A stretch of 64,000 nt of DNA, from the NCBI RefSeq assembly GCF_009914755.1, contig NC_060926.1. One strand, given 5' to 3'. Position 1 is the first letter of the stretch. Every line of letters begins with the position of its first letter. This document shows, in pieces, positions 40,313-53,880 of this stretch. The translations under genes and the position numbers were made by a program. The notes under the pieces are model-generated. The model made no database searches. It was not told the origin of the DNA and saw only the letters and a program-made list of their open reading frames with translations. The stretch is from the human T2T-CHM13v2.0 reference genome, Homo sapiens.

Positions 40313-41844
40313 ACACATATGCCTCTGTGTGTGTGTATATATACATATAGTTACATACATATATGTATACACATGCATATATATACTAAATATTCTAATA
40401 CATTATTGTTTCTATTTTGAAAAAAATGTTGTCTGTTATATCAATTAATAATAAAAAATGTTTTTATTTTACCTTCACTTATTCATTCTCTGATGTTCTT
40501 TCTTTTTAAATTTACATCAGTTTCTTTTTTATATCATCTTCCTCTTCTTTGAAGTTTTGTTTAATATTTATTGCAAGGCAGGTCTACTAGCAAAAAATTT
40601 GCCGCATGTTTGTTTGTCTAACAAAGTATTTGTCCTTCATTTTACAGTATAAGTTCATACAGTACAGAATTCTAGGTTGGTGAGTTTTTTTCTTTTCATG
40701 CGTTAAGTGTTTCTCTCCACTGTTGTCTTATTTGCATGGTTTTTGAGAAGTCAGACATAATTCTAATCCTTGCTTCTCTATAGGTAAAATGTTTTGTTTT
40801 GTTTTACGCTTCATATTATCTGAGTTCCTGGACCTGTGGTTTTCCGTCTGTTATTAATTTGGGAAAATTGTGCCTTTGGGGGAATTTGTTGAGCTTATGG
40901 GATCACTGTCATACATGTAGGCTGTCTTTGACCACAATGTCATTTTGTGATGCATAGGTGTAAATATATATGCTTATATGTAAGTGAAATGAATAAAAGC
41001 AATGATCCAGGGACAAAAGGAGGAATGAGGAATATTTTGTCATTATTGCTTTAAATGTTGCTTCCCTTTCTTTCTCTCTTAATTCTTTTTCTGGTGTTCC
41101 CATGAGTCATTTGCTACATGTTTCGTAGCTGCTCTGCAATTCTTAGATACTCTGACTTTTTGTTTTTCCCCTCTTTTTCTCAGTATTGTAAGTTTCCATT
41201 GTGATGTCCTCAAGCTCAGAGTTTCTTTCCTTACCTGTGTTTATTCTACTTATAAACTCATCAAAAGCTTTATTTTTGTTACAGTGTTTTTGATCTCTAG
41301 CATTTGTTTTTTATTGGCATGTCTCTGCTTACCTTATCCATCTGTTCTTTCATGTTGTCTACTTTTTCCATGAAAGCCCTTAGCATGTTAACCATAACTT
41401 AACAAAATTCCTGGTTTGCTAGTTCTGACATTCCTGCTGTATCTGACTCTTGTTCTGATGCTTGTTCACGCTGTTCAACTGAATTCATTATCTTTTAATA
41501 TGCCTTGTAATTTTCTGTTGAAAGATGGACATTAAATACTTGATAAAAGAAGAATAGGCATTTAGCAATATAGTGGTAAGGTGTGTGAGAGGGGAAGTGT
41601 TTTACGGTCCTATGATTAGGTTTCAGTCTTTTCATAAGGCTCTGTCTCTGGACTGTGATTTTCACAAGTTCTTCTCAGTTCTCTCCCATCCTTAGGTGGG
41701 ACAGGATGGCTAGTGGGGCCTGGAGTTTGACATTTCCCTTTCCCCAAGTAAGTTAGGTTCTAACAAAACTCCAGAAAGTTTGGTTCTGACTGAGTAGTTT
41801 CTGCTGAGGGCATATCTTGTTAAGGAGCACAGTATGCTCTGGGG

Positions 41845-42177
41845 CAGGGACCCCCAACCACTGGGCTGTGGAGTGGTACCAGTCCGTGGCCTGTTGGGAA
41901 CTGGGCTGCACAGCAAGAGGTGAGTGGCAGGCAAGGGAGTATTACTGCCTGAGCTTTGCCTCCTGTCAGATCAGCAGCAACATTAGATTCTCCTAAGACT
42001 GCAAACTCTATTGTGAACTGCTCATGTGAGGGATCTAGGATGTGCGCTCCTTATGAGAATCTAATGCCTGATGATCTGAGGTGGAACAGTGTCATCCCGA
42101 AACCATCCCCACACCTCATCTGTGGAAAAATTGTCTTCCACAAAACCAGTAGGTGCCAGAAAGGTTGGGGACTGCTG
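41845..42177 (+). mobile_element. MER1B (hAT-Charlie)
   Basis: CAGGGACCCCCAACC...CTCCTTATGAGAATCTAATGCCTGATGATCTGAGGTGGAACAG...GGTTGGGGACTGCTG, with TSD CTCTGGGG/CCCTGGGG. Confidence 0.92.
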
Positions 42178-42353
42178 CCCTGGGGTGTTCAAAAATGGTT
42201 ACTTTACCTCTGCTCCTGCTAGAATCCTGAGAAGATTTTTCTCTGATATTCACAATGAGAATTTGATGGTGTCTCAGGAGATAAAACCCACAAAAGTGTG
42301 GGAGCCCCACATGATTTTGTTTTAATTAAGAAAATTTTAATTTAGACAAATTT

Positions 42354-42483
42354 AGGAAGAGAATACCACCTGGATGTATTCTGTGCTACTGCCAAGGTTA
42401 TAGAGAAAAACAGTAGAGGTTGATAATGTCCACGTACCATTCCGAAATCCCTGATTATTAGAGTAGTGAGAACTGGGATGGAA
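42354..42483. repeat. 130-bp inverted copy of 45093-45222
   Basis: Hand alignment is ungapped, 116/130 identical. Confidence 0.95.
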
Positions 42484-42811
<328 letters not shown>

Positions 42812-43107
42812 CCCCGCAGGACTTTTTAACTTTCAGATTTGCTCACAGAGTCCTCCAGAAATTAGTTGCTTAATTTCCTTACCCTGGCACTGGTTTCGAC
42901 TTGTGGTTTCTGCTCAGGTTAAGTTGTGATTCTCTGTATTCACCTGTTTGTTTGTCCAATTCAGAGGTGGAAGTTTGTCCTGTGACTTCATTTCTCTGAC
43001 TTATCTAAGAAGAGTTGTTGATTTTTCAGTTTTATCTGCTTTTTATTTCTTACGAAGGAGTGGTAACTTCTAACCTTCTTACACACTGTATCTAAAGCAC
43101 AAACAGT

Positions 43108-43183
43108 TGTGTTTTAGTACTGGAAGTTCTATATTTCTGGAAACGTCTTAGTTCTGGATACACTAGGATAGTTAGCTACCCTA
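43108..43183 (-). mobile_element. MER81-like MITE, second part
   Basis: GTTTTAGTACTGGAAGT...GGATAGTTAGCTACCCTA. Confidence 0.55.
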
Positions 43184-43208
43184 GGAATATAGCATAATTT
43201 ATTTACCC

Positions 43209-44446
43209 ATTTTAATTCAACATAGCACTGAAGTACTAACAAGAGCAATTAGGCAGAGAAAGAACTAAAAGGCATCCAAATAGGAAAAGAGGAAGTCAAA
43301 GTGATTCTCTTTGCAGACTAAATGATCTTATATAGAAAAAACCCTAAAGACTCCACCAAAAAACTCTTAAAATTGATAATGAAGTCAGTAAAGTTGCAGG
43401 ATACAAAATCAACATACAAAAATCAGTAGCAGCTGGGCGCAGTGGCTCATGCCTGTAATCCCAGCACTTTGGGAGGCCAAGATGGGCAATCACTTGAGGG
43501 CAGGAGTTCGAGACCAGCCTGGACAAACAGGCGAAACCCCTTCTCTACTAAAAATACAAAAACTAGCTGGGAGTGGTGGCAGGCTTGTAATCTCAGCTAC
43601 TCAGGAGGCTGAGGCAGGAGAATCGCTTGAACCCAGGAGGCCGAGGTTGCAGTGAGCCGAGATCAGCCACTGCACTCCAGCCTGGGTGACAGAGCTAGAC
43701 TCTGCCTCAAAAAAATAGAAATAAAAATAAAAATAAAAATCAGTAGCATTTTTATACACCAATAATGAACTTGCTGAAAAAGAAATCAAGAAAGCAATCC
43801 CATTTAAAATAACTACAAAAATAAAATAAAATACCCATAATAAATTTAACCAAGGAGGTGAAAGACCTCTACAATTAAAAGTATAAATCACAGATGAAAA
43901 AATAAATCAAGATGACTCAAACAAATGAAAAGGCATAAGATGGTCATGGACTGAAAAAATATATATTATTAAAATGATCGTACTACCCAAAACAATCTAC
44001 AGATTCAAGGCAATCCCTATCAAAATACCAATGGCATTTCTCATAGTAATAGAAAAAATAATCCTAAAATTCATGTGGAATCACAAAAGACTTCAAATAG
44101 CCAAAGCAATACTGAATAAAAGGAACAAAGTTGAAGGCATCACATTATCTGACTTCAGAATCTACTATAAAGCCATTGTAATCAAAACAGCATGGTATTG
44201 ATATAAAACAGACACATAGGACAATGGAAGAGAAAATCCAGAAGTAAATTCACATATTTACAGCTTAATGATTTTCAACAAAAATGCCAAGAACTCACAT
44301 CAGGGAAAGAACACTCTTTTAAAAAATGGCGCTAGCAAAAGTGAATATAAATATGCAGAAGAAATGAAACTTGACCCCTATCTCTCACCATATACAAAAA
44401 TCAACTCAAAATGGATTAGAGACTTAAATGTAAGACCGGAAACTAT
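43209..44446 (+). mobile_element. L1 ORF2 internal fragment (L1MA/MB type), RT region
   Basis: Translates as [16 protein letters not shown]...[12 protein letters not shown] and KLDPYLSPYTKINSKWIRDLNVRPET, and contains the FAD motif (TTTGCAGAC). Disrupted by stops, frameshifts and an Alu. Confidence 0.93.
43431..43734 (+). mobile_element. AluS inserted in the L1 fragment
   Basis: Alu dimer with a 13-bp TSD AAAAATCAGTAGC. Confidence 0.95.
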
Positions 44447-46074
44447 TTATCCCTTTTGACAATCAAGGACATTTATTTGCTTTTCCATGTTTCATGCTAT
44501 TATTAATAATACTGCTGTAAGCATTTATATACCTCTCTTAATGAGTATGTTCAAGTAGTTCTGTTGGTTATATACACAAGAATGGCATTGCTGGTTCAAA
44601 GGATATGGACGTCTTCAACTTCACAGATAGTGCTACATAGCTTCCCACAGTTGTAGTGTAAATTTTCAATCAATTTACACTTCCATTGCTAGTGTATTCT
44701 AAGAGTCAGTTGCTCCTCAGACTTGTCATCACTTGGAATCATCAGGCTTTAATTTTAACAACACTAGTTGGTATGTAGTGGCATCTCATTTAATTTTAAT
44801 TTTTCATAGGCCTCTTTTTAAACTGTGTACCAGGATACTACTGGCACCCAGGCAGACTTGGGGTATGGTTACCTTTCAGGTCAATTCTAAGCAGTCTAGA
44901 CTCTAACACACATTGCTTCTTGCATGTCAGAGATGTCAGTGTGCCTGAGGGAGCCATATTTATCTGAAACTCATTTACAAAAGTGAGGGACGCTCTTGAC
45001 TGTATGTGAATAAGGAGGGTGGGCTCTTAGCAACAAACAGCAATGTTGCCAAGTTCAGAGACATCATTAGCTTGAGAGATTCAATTGCATTTTTCCATCC
45101 CAGGGCTCACTACTCTAATCATCAGGGATTCTGGAATGGTACATGGACACTGTCAACCTCTACTGCTTTTCTCTATAACCCTGGCAATAGCACAGAATAA
45201 ATCCAGATGGTGTTCTCTTCCTCTGTGGCATCCCGTTAGTGAGGTTCTCTTGGGCACACTCTGGCCCTGACCTACCTGTCCAATGATGGTAAGGAATACA
45301 TTGGTCACACTAGCAGAAAACAAAGTTCTATTTAAACTGGCCAAGCTCATGATTAAACCGGAGCATATTGTTTGGATATTTTTCTCCTGGCTGTAGTAGC
45401 ATAGCCAGAGGGCTGCCAAACCAGATGTCATTGAGACAGGGATGTTGCCCACCTTCTTGAACACCTGCTCCTGGGACACCAGCAAGAAGTCTTCTGAACA
45501 CTGAGAATTGTGAAGACAAGGCCCTGCCCAGGGCATTCAGCAACTGACCTCTTGTGGCCTGCAGTCTCTGCAGGGGTCCTGATAAAAACAAAGACTTGAG
45601 GTTTAGGAAAAAGCTGTATGAGTAGTGGTTATCAAAGCCACTCATTCAAGGTCAAAGCTGCTTATTCAAGGTCCCTAAGAATTATTCCCCCCCGCAGGGT
45701 GCCATGACTACTTTCCCCTGAAACTTTTCCACCCTTTTTGACTCTTACCTTGCCTGAGAAAATCAACTTGTTCTCTGTTTGTTTGTTTGTTTGTTTGTTC
45801 TTGCTCTTCCTGACTGGTTTGACCAATGAATAGTACAATGACTGGCTCTACTCTCCCCCTGGCTGCTGCTGGCTGTGTCTGCTTTCCCAGGCCTTTGCCT
45901 TTCGATTCTGGGCTGGCAGTGCAGTATGGAGCCCTAATGACTTCCATTGCTTGATAATTTGGCCTGTGTTTTGTGACTCCTTACTAAATATTGAGTCTGA
46001 CTCACCTTCACCTGGCGGTTCAGAAAAGGATCATGTTTCTCATCCTTCCCGGAAGATGTAATATGGATAAAAGA

Positions 46075-46158
46075 CCAACACGGCACATGTATACATATGT
46101 AACAAACCTGCACATTGTGCACATGTACCCTAGATCTTAAAGTATGATAATAATAATA
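46075..46158 (+). mobile_element. L1PA extreme 3' end (~85 bp, 5'-truncated)
   Basis: GGCACATGTATACATATGTAACAAACCTGCACATTGTGCACATGTACCCTAGA, (TAA)n tail, and TSD ATAAAAGA. Confidence 0.92.
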
Positions 46159-46579
46159 ATAAAAGATGTGTATCCAGAAATCCTTACTGAGGAGCCTGAA
46201 TCAGTTTCAGGCCCACGTGGCTCATAAATACTCTATATACATCAGTACTGAAGCACATTCGCAAATGATGTTTTTAGAAGAACTAAAGGGTGAGCAGAAT
46301 CCCAGGACTTCCAGGGAAAGAAACAATCTCCTCCACTGTGCCCACATAGCCAGATTCAAATGCTGTTTATGATTTTATAATGGTATACAGAATCACACAA
46401 CAGAAATGTGCCAGAAAGGGCTTCTGGTTAAGATAGACATTTGAAAAGTAGGCATTTGTTTGAAAAACTTTAGGCTCTTTTCCTCATGAATCTTTTTCTG
46501 TGCTTAATATCCAGAAAGTTGGAAAAAAAATACGTTTTCATTCATTTTTCAACTGCTTTGCATATCCTGCCATTGTTGC

Positions 46580-47000
46580 CTTCCACAGCCTCGGCGCTAG
46601 ACAGTGGCTCTAATACCGGACCTGCCTTCTCCCCTCAGAAAGGCTTGTGCTCACTGCTCTGAAGATACGGCCTCAGGGTCATCCCAGGCCATTCTGTAGC
46701 TTGGAGCGGAGGTCTACACACAGTGGATTTGGCTGTCTCACTGTAGCACCAGCTGGTTGTCTATGGTAGGAAAGAATTGAAAGAGTATTTTACACCATGG
46801 AAATTGTCTTTCAGGCCCAGATGGACCGTCGCCGTTCTAGCTTTGACAGGCCAGGATAGATATATTCAGAAAGCCTTCCAGCTATTTAGTAACTCTTCCA
46901 AAACACTGTCAGCACCCATGCTAGGATGCAGGGAGTGGGAAGGAAGTCTAAGTAGGGAACTAAGCCTAGTTAGTATATATTTGCATAATTATCTTGCAGT
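46580..47000. promoter_or_regulatory. Candidate regulatory element or non-coding exon cluster
   Basis: Unique DNA with 8 CpG in 46590-46835, acceptor-like sites, two TGACAG motifs and octamer ATTTGCAT at 46979-46986. Inference only. Confidence 0.3.
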
Positions 47001-47495
47001 GAATGGATGTGTGACTGGGGGCAGGGTGGGGGTCTCATGGACACTGGAAGCCAGAAAGAAGTCTGAGCCTACCTGGGTCAGCGCCTCTGGGCCCCTTCAA
47101 TGCAAACTCTTTTGTATTTTAATTATTAGGTTAAAAGGAGAAAAGCTTCTCCAAATCAGCTCACCTGGGAGTTAAAGAGCTAAGTTTGGGCCCCAGACGC
47201 TTGAATTTGCCTCCTGTTGTCTGAAGGGCAGGGGTCAGCCTGGGGCCACCTCCACCTGCAGCCTCTCTTGGAGGGTGAGGCAGAAATAAGGTGGTGGTAG
47301 CTAGATCTCTTAGGTCATGGTCACACACCTGGAATCAAAGATGCTGTGCCATAGCAAGTATTTTTAAGACAAGATTATAAAGATACTATAGAATTCATGG
47401 CAGAGGCACTCTGCATTTAAATATAGCTTTGTGACTGTTAGCAAAATGCTGTGGTTATGATCTATTAATATACCTGTTTGCCTAAGACAGAGAGC

Positions 47496-47562
47496 AGGGG
47501 GTGGATGGAAGGGGGAGAGTGAGAGAGAGAGAGAGATGGGTAGGGAGGAGAGAAAGAGAGAT
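47496..47562. repeat. GA-rich low-complexity tract
   Basis: Seen directly. Confidence 0.85.
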
Positions 47563-50216
47563 AGCACACTTCACCTGAGTTATAAAAGCTCGTTTATTTT
47601 AAAGCTAAGCTAATGCCCCTTTTTTGATTAGACTTTTCTTTTTTGCTTGGAAAGTTCTCTAATGAAAGCTTTCAAGAATTTTAACATTTATCAGTCAGGA
47701 GGGGAAATTAAAGGTATAAATGGTGGTCTGCTCTGCCTTGTTTACTGACAATCCTTGACCTCACAAAGTAGTTTTCTAGGCTGCAGAAATCCCTACAATT
47801 CTAAATATTTTCCTTCATACATAGCATTATAATTTTTAAATTTAAAAATTTCTTCAAGCTTCCTAAATCAGCACATTTAAATGAAAGACAGTGCAATTGC
47901 TGATAGGGAATTTAGTCTTAATGCCTTTCATAAGAAAACCTGGAGGATTTTTTTTCCCTTTTCTTTTTTGGTTTTGTTTTGTTTTGCACCTGTATGTAGA
48001 ACATAGAATTAAGCTCTGGTTTTATGATTATGTGTACACTAAAAATACTCATAAAGTATTTTTTAATGCTTTAAAGAATTTCCTTCAGCACTTTAAGTAA
48101 GTTATTGCACATTTTAGTTGGGAATTACCAGTTGTGTTTTGACGGACTAGTAATTAATTATTGAACAGATCCTTGCCTTAAAATAACTGTATTAATGTCC
48201 CTGTGATGGCTGATTATGAATAAGTTCAAAATAAACCTCCTTAAAAGAACAGCTCTGGAAGGAAACAGGTTGTCTCAGGTAAGGCAGCTGACTTATGCTC
48301 TGTGGGGTAAACGACTGCATGTTTAAAGTGAAACACCAGACTGCTTGGCTATTAGCCAGTTTCATGTAAATAGGAAAAAAAAAAAACAACCAAAAACGCT
48401 CTCCTCCTGTGTCTGTATTTCCATCACTTTCCTCACTTAACAGGCCAACATGGTTTAGATTTTGCTTAAGATATTCATTAGAGGCAAAAGAAAAATAAAA
48501 ATATTATATTTTCCATTGGAACCAAAATTAGGCAACTGAATTGGGCTGCTTTTGAAGAACCACAGTGCCTAAAATTTTCTTTTTTGTTTTAAGTCAACAT
48601 TACTTTGATAAATATGGAAGTCAGAGTGTTCATAAGGAAAAATACAAGTTTTGTCTAAATAATCAATCCAAAATGAAGTCTTCCCATGTCATTACAATTA
48701 TGAATCACAAGGGTACATTTTCAATTAGCTTTTGAGTCCATTTGAATCATTTCCCTTAATCCTAATCAGTGTACGTTGGCTGAGCACACAGTGTGTGTGG
48801 TGGGGGACAGTGCACAAAGATGTCTGCCTACGAGTGCTGCCTCCAAGGGGTATATGATCACTCAGGTATTCAATGTGCCCTAACAGAAAGCCATTTTTTT
48901 GCAGCCTTTTATGTTTCGTTCAGAATTTTCCATAGTTAAGATGTTTCCCCTCAAACTATTTGCTTGAAATTAAATGTGTCCCCCAAAATAAAATATCTGA
49001 ATATATGAATTTCTGAAAGGTATAAATTTCCTGAAATTTCTGAATGCATAAATTTCCAGTAGACTGTTTGCTTATGCTAGTACTGAAATCTTCAGGCTAA
49101 ATGTCTTGTTGATTTGCAGTGTTCCTGTGGAATTTAATATAAGTTATACTACATGCCGTAGTAAGAAAGGTCCAAAAAGACGCTCATCTCTCTTTATAAT
49201 TTCTATAAAACACGCATGCAAAATGTATATATTTGCGTGAAAAATATACAGAGTTGCAGTTAGGCCTTGTTGGTCATGTTTTGGGAACTCTACAGAAAAC
49301 ACCAAAATTCCTGTTTAAAAAATGACTGCCCTTTGAGAGAGCTGCTCAATATTTGAAGATGCACCTCTCTCCTACAGCACAGGAGGATGTGGTTTTAATT
49401 TTTCATTTTGTGTCCCTTTTCTTCCTTTGTGCATTCATGGATATTTTAACTTCAAGATCACCAAAATTATTGGACATGTTTTTCATGGTGGCTTCGTTTC
49501 TTACAGTGTTTTGCACATAAAAATGTCAAAAGAATATGGCCGACCAAAGCCCTCCCGCATTTGGTTTCGACATAAGTTCCAGTTACACTAATAACCAGGG
49601 CAGAATTGGGATTTCTTTTTCTCATTAATAAAGCATACGACTCAGTTCATAATGGGTTATGTTATCTGCCACAAAGACACTGATTCTCCAGTTGCTTAAA
49701 GCTTTGGTCAGAACTTACTAGTTTCCTGCGAGTGGCTTCTAGGCAGAGGCTACAGAGGGAAAGGTTGTAGAAATGCTTGCCAGAGGGCTGGACCTGTACC
49801 CCCAAGGAGAGAATGAATGATGTCATCCCAAGTGTTTAAAAAAGAAGAGGAAGAAAAAGAATCACATTGTTATCACAATGTTCCCAAACACGAGTCTCAT
49901 TATGATAATCTCGTTTTTCTCAATCTGCATTTAAAATTTCACCTGACAAACCCTTTATGCTTTTTTTTCACTTAAAGTTGAAGTTAAAACAGAATCTGGC
50001 CAATGTCCAACAACCAGAAACAGACAAGCTGGGAAAATGAACATTCTTCCCAAGGAAGGGATGCTGAAGCCTTGCACGTTAGGGGGAAAATCAGAGCAGC
50101 AGAATTCCAGCAGTTTTTAGAAAACTACTCTCATTACTCCCATAAGGCAGTTCCAGATATTTATTAAGCAGTCAATACATGCCAGGCTCTGTTCTAGACA
50201 CTGGGGATACAGCCAG

Positions 50217-50417
50217 AGCTTTTATGAAACAGTCGGAGTGCCTCGGCAAGGTTAGTAGACACGCATCTTCAACTTTGTGTTCAGCCACATTGATAGCTTG
50301 ACATCAACCATTGGTGGGTGGATTCACACCACAAAATCAGCAAATGCTACAAGTCATTGCTTTTTCCTTCTCTTCAGAGAGCTGGTTGTTAAGCATTTAC
50401 CAGTATGTTTACCACTT
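50217..50417 (+). mobile_element. MER63-like hAT MITE inside a minus-strand L2 fragment (50155-50540)
   Basis: CACCACAAAATCAGCAAATGCTACAA...GAGAGCTGGTTGTTAAGCATTTACCAG. L2 flank ATTTATTAAGC...TGCCAGGCTCTGTTCTAGACACTGGGGATACAG. Confidence 0.72.
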
Positions 50418-50609
50418 ACATTCTCCTGGGGGCTGGGGAGACAAATAATAAATCATAAATATGTGATATGTCAGGTAGGTGATGGCTATCCTCTGAAGAA
50501 GGATAAAAAACAGCAGGGGATTGAGAGAATAATGGATTGAGACACCTGAAACATTGTGCTTTTTGTCTGTTCTTTGTTTTGTTTCGTTTTATTAGATAAC
50601 ATTTCAGAC

Positions 50610-50790
50610 AAGGTAGTTTGACTAAAAAAGCCTTGGACTATGGGAGACAGGAGGCCTGGGTGCCAACCTCTGTAGTTCTGCGATTTTCTATAAGTAACGT
50701 TTCTTAAGCCTCAGTTGTCTTGTTTGTAACCTAGCTGGATTGAACCAAATGCTCCCAAAGATTGCTGTCTGCTCTGTGATTCTCTCCTGA
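50610..50790 (+). mobile_element. MIR3/MIRc fragment
   Basis: GCCTTGGACT...CAGGAGGCCTGGG...AGCCTCAGTT...GGATTGAACCAAATG. Confidence 0.55.
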
Positions 50791-51019
50791 TTTTTAAACT
50801 AACTGATTAAGTGAAATTTCTCGAACTAGGCCAAAAAGACTCATCCCACGGCAGAAACAAATGCTTCCAAAAAAAAAAATCATTACTAGATTCACTTCAG
50901 GCCTCCATACAACTAAAAGTACTTATAGAAGAACAGTATCTGGGGATCCAGAGGAGTCACAAGGAATTGCTATCTGCTCTAGATTAAGAGGGCACAGTCA
51001 CTGTGAAAGGGTTTTCTAG

Positions 51020-51358
<339 letters not shown>

Positions 51359-51644
51359 GGAAACCTATATTTTAAGCTCAATGAGTGCCCTGCTGATTAA
51401 GAAAGCAAGACCCCAGGATACTGAGTTTTCATGTGACCCAAATGCCTTGCTGCCTCTGCTCCCCGTCCCCGTATCTCATTGCTTTCCTGCTGCCCTCCTA
51501 TGGCAGAGAGCATGGATAACAGTGCAAACAAAGAGACCAAGGAGCAGCTTCCACAGTGTCTGAAACACAGCTCACTTCCACTCCGAGGGAGCGCCACACT
51601 GCAAGGAAAGTGGCTGGAGAGACCAGCCTGTGGGAAGGGACATG

Positions 51645-51870
51645 ATGGACAGGGCTGGGAGCCTGAACTCCAATCCCAAGTTCATCTCCCGCCTGCTGCT
51701 GACTAACTGTGACCTATTAGGCAAATCATTTAAGCCTTCTAAGCCTCAGGCTTTTGTTTTTGCTGTTTTTAATCTATAAAATGTCAAGATGACTATGTGC
51801 CAGAGTTGTTCTGTGAATTAAGTGGTGACAACATACCTGATAGTATTTTGCAAACTGTATAAATATAAAA
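51645..51870 (+). mobile_element. MIR
   Basis: ACTAACTGTGACCTATTAGGCAAATCATTTAAGCCTTCTAAGCCTCAG...GTTGTTCTGTGAATTAAGTG. Confidence 0.7.
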
Positions 51871-53279
51871 TATCATTTCAATAACACTTCCTCTTATTAG
51901 TAAAATATTCTATCCCGATAGAGGTTTCCCATTCTGGCCACAAATGTGTTTGATGCCACTTGGATCAAGATTTAAAAAAGAACTGGATTTCCAGATCTCT
52001 ATGAGAAAAATTTCATAATCATCTTCATACAGGGAGTTGCAGACAGAAAAAGTGGAATCAGATTAGCCGGGCTTAACTTCACCCTGATGGGATATTTCAA
52101 AGCTGCAATAATTATAGTTTAGATGCTGAACCACAAACAAATACATTTCCAATGACGAAAATCAGCCCTGTAAGTGTCTGGATGCACGAATGCTTTTCTT
52201 TACAACTTTAGAGAGCTCAGCTTGCTGAAAAAATGAAAGGGCAATAAAAGGAATCATGAATATGAAAACTGCCTTCATTCGCATCTTCACTTTTTTCCGT
52301 TTTTTTGTCCAGCAATTATTCTAGCTGCGTACTGTCCTCTTCAGTATCACCAAAGGCTTTATGTGACTTTAAATTTCAAAGCTACAGGTGGCCCACAAGC
52401 ACCACACTTCAAAGACAGTTTTGATTAAATGAAACAATATTTGTGTAATACAGATCCTGGATCTTTGAACTTCTCCTGTTCAATTCATCGTACAAAAGTT
52501 CAATTAGGAGAGATCAGAAGACACCGTTTCCATCTGTCACTCAAGTTTGTCTTTTCAAATATCTTTTATGTCAACCCAAGAACAACAATTTATGTTGAGG
52601 ATGTAATAATCATAATTCAAAAGCCACTTTCAAAAATGGCAATGTCCTTTGCTAGGGAGTGTGGTGTGGGCCCATGTAAGTGCTATTTGAAGTGAAATCT
52701 TAAGGCTTGGCAGCCTTGTGATTTCTCGTCGTGTTACGACTTGCTTTACTATTGATAACTTGCACTGACTGCCAACAAAAAAATCTAGCCCAAGAGGCCC
52801 CGCGTTTGGTGAGCCTTTGTATCAGTGACTGGAGCATATTTCACTTTTGAATCTTGTGGTTTTTGCCTTCAGTGAAAGAAAAACTGATCCTAACAGTTTT
52901 AAACTTGTTAATTCAAGCCATATGTCAGAAAGCCAGTCTCCATATGGTGCCATACCACCTTATATTTACAGGAGGCTGCTTTTCAAAACATTATTCTAAA
53001 AGCTATATTTGCCCCAAAGTTAATATGTGGTATCCTGTGCTATTGAGCACTGTTTTTAAAATATCTCAGACTTCGGAATCGCTTGCTGATATAGCAGAAA
53101 TGTACCGATTATTAAAAACTAATTACTGCCTGCTTTATTGGCAAAAATGTGCTAATCAAGTCCTTGAGCAGGGATGCATGCTGAAAAGGAGAATGCCTTG
53201 CCAATCTTCTGTTGCCAAATATGGCAAAAATAAAAGAGGAAACAGAGAAAGGAAAATCATAACCTTGTTGATTATAAAT

Positions 53280-53880
53280 AAGACTCGAATGTTTCAGTGC
53301 AAAGTGCCCACAACAGAAATACAGTTACAACGAAGAGACATGATCTCTTTCTGTTCTTGGCTTTGAGGGAAAAGCAAAAGTAAAGTGAAGACTCAAACGT
53401 CATAAAAATCCACCACCTAGCAAGGGCCTTCGATCCGGGCCCAGTTCCTTTAAATAGGGGTCTCTCGCCGGCAATCCTATTGACCCGAGATATTAGGGAA
53501 GATTCTCCTGTTGAAAATTGAGTTCACTTTCCCAAACACCTACAAGGAGACTACAGATGGATTAGAGCATAATTATCTTCAAACAGCTTTGTTTGATCTG
53601 CAGAGTCCAAGCAAGCATGGTTTTCATTTGAGAGACGAGCTTTTGAACGCAGTTGGCACCATATAGACGGTCGGTGCGTGTTAAACATATCGTTTCTTTC
53701 TTTTTCTGCCTGGAAAAAAAAAAGTGTTTTCCTTGTGTCTGGTTCCTGGTGGGCATTTATATCTCTGTTCTTACTTTAGAGACTCTTGCAAAGTTCACTG
53801 GCAAGATCCTCGTACGTGGAGGGCAGCCTGTTCTGCTAAGCGGCTCTCCTTGCTTGCTTTAATTCACTCCATTCTTCACG
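53280..53880. promoter_or_regulatory. CpG-retaining unique segment (candidate enhancer or promoter)
   Basis: 18 CpG counted in 600 bp of AT-rich non-repeat DNA; TTTAAATA at ~53448. Inference only. Confidence 0.3.

Noticed and set aside
43974-44459. L1 ORF2 peptides as a CDS
   Set aside because: Fragmented by stops, frameshifts and an Alu; a dead element.
45093-45222. The duplicated 130-mer as an H/ACA snoRNA
   Set aside because: The size fits, but there is no terminal ACA box or convincing two-hairpin layout on either strand.
45153-45645. Overlapping 127-aa and 105-aa ORFs as a processed pseudogene
   Set aside because: No recognisable parent protein, poly(A) tail or TSD.
52854-53366. Longest ORF, 170 aa
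   Set aside because: Starts at TTG, composition is typical of AT-rich non-coding DNA, and I see no domain.
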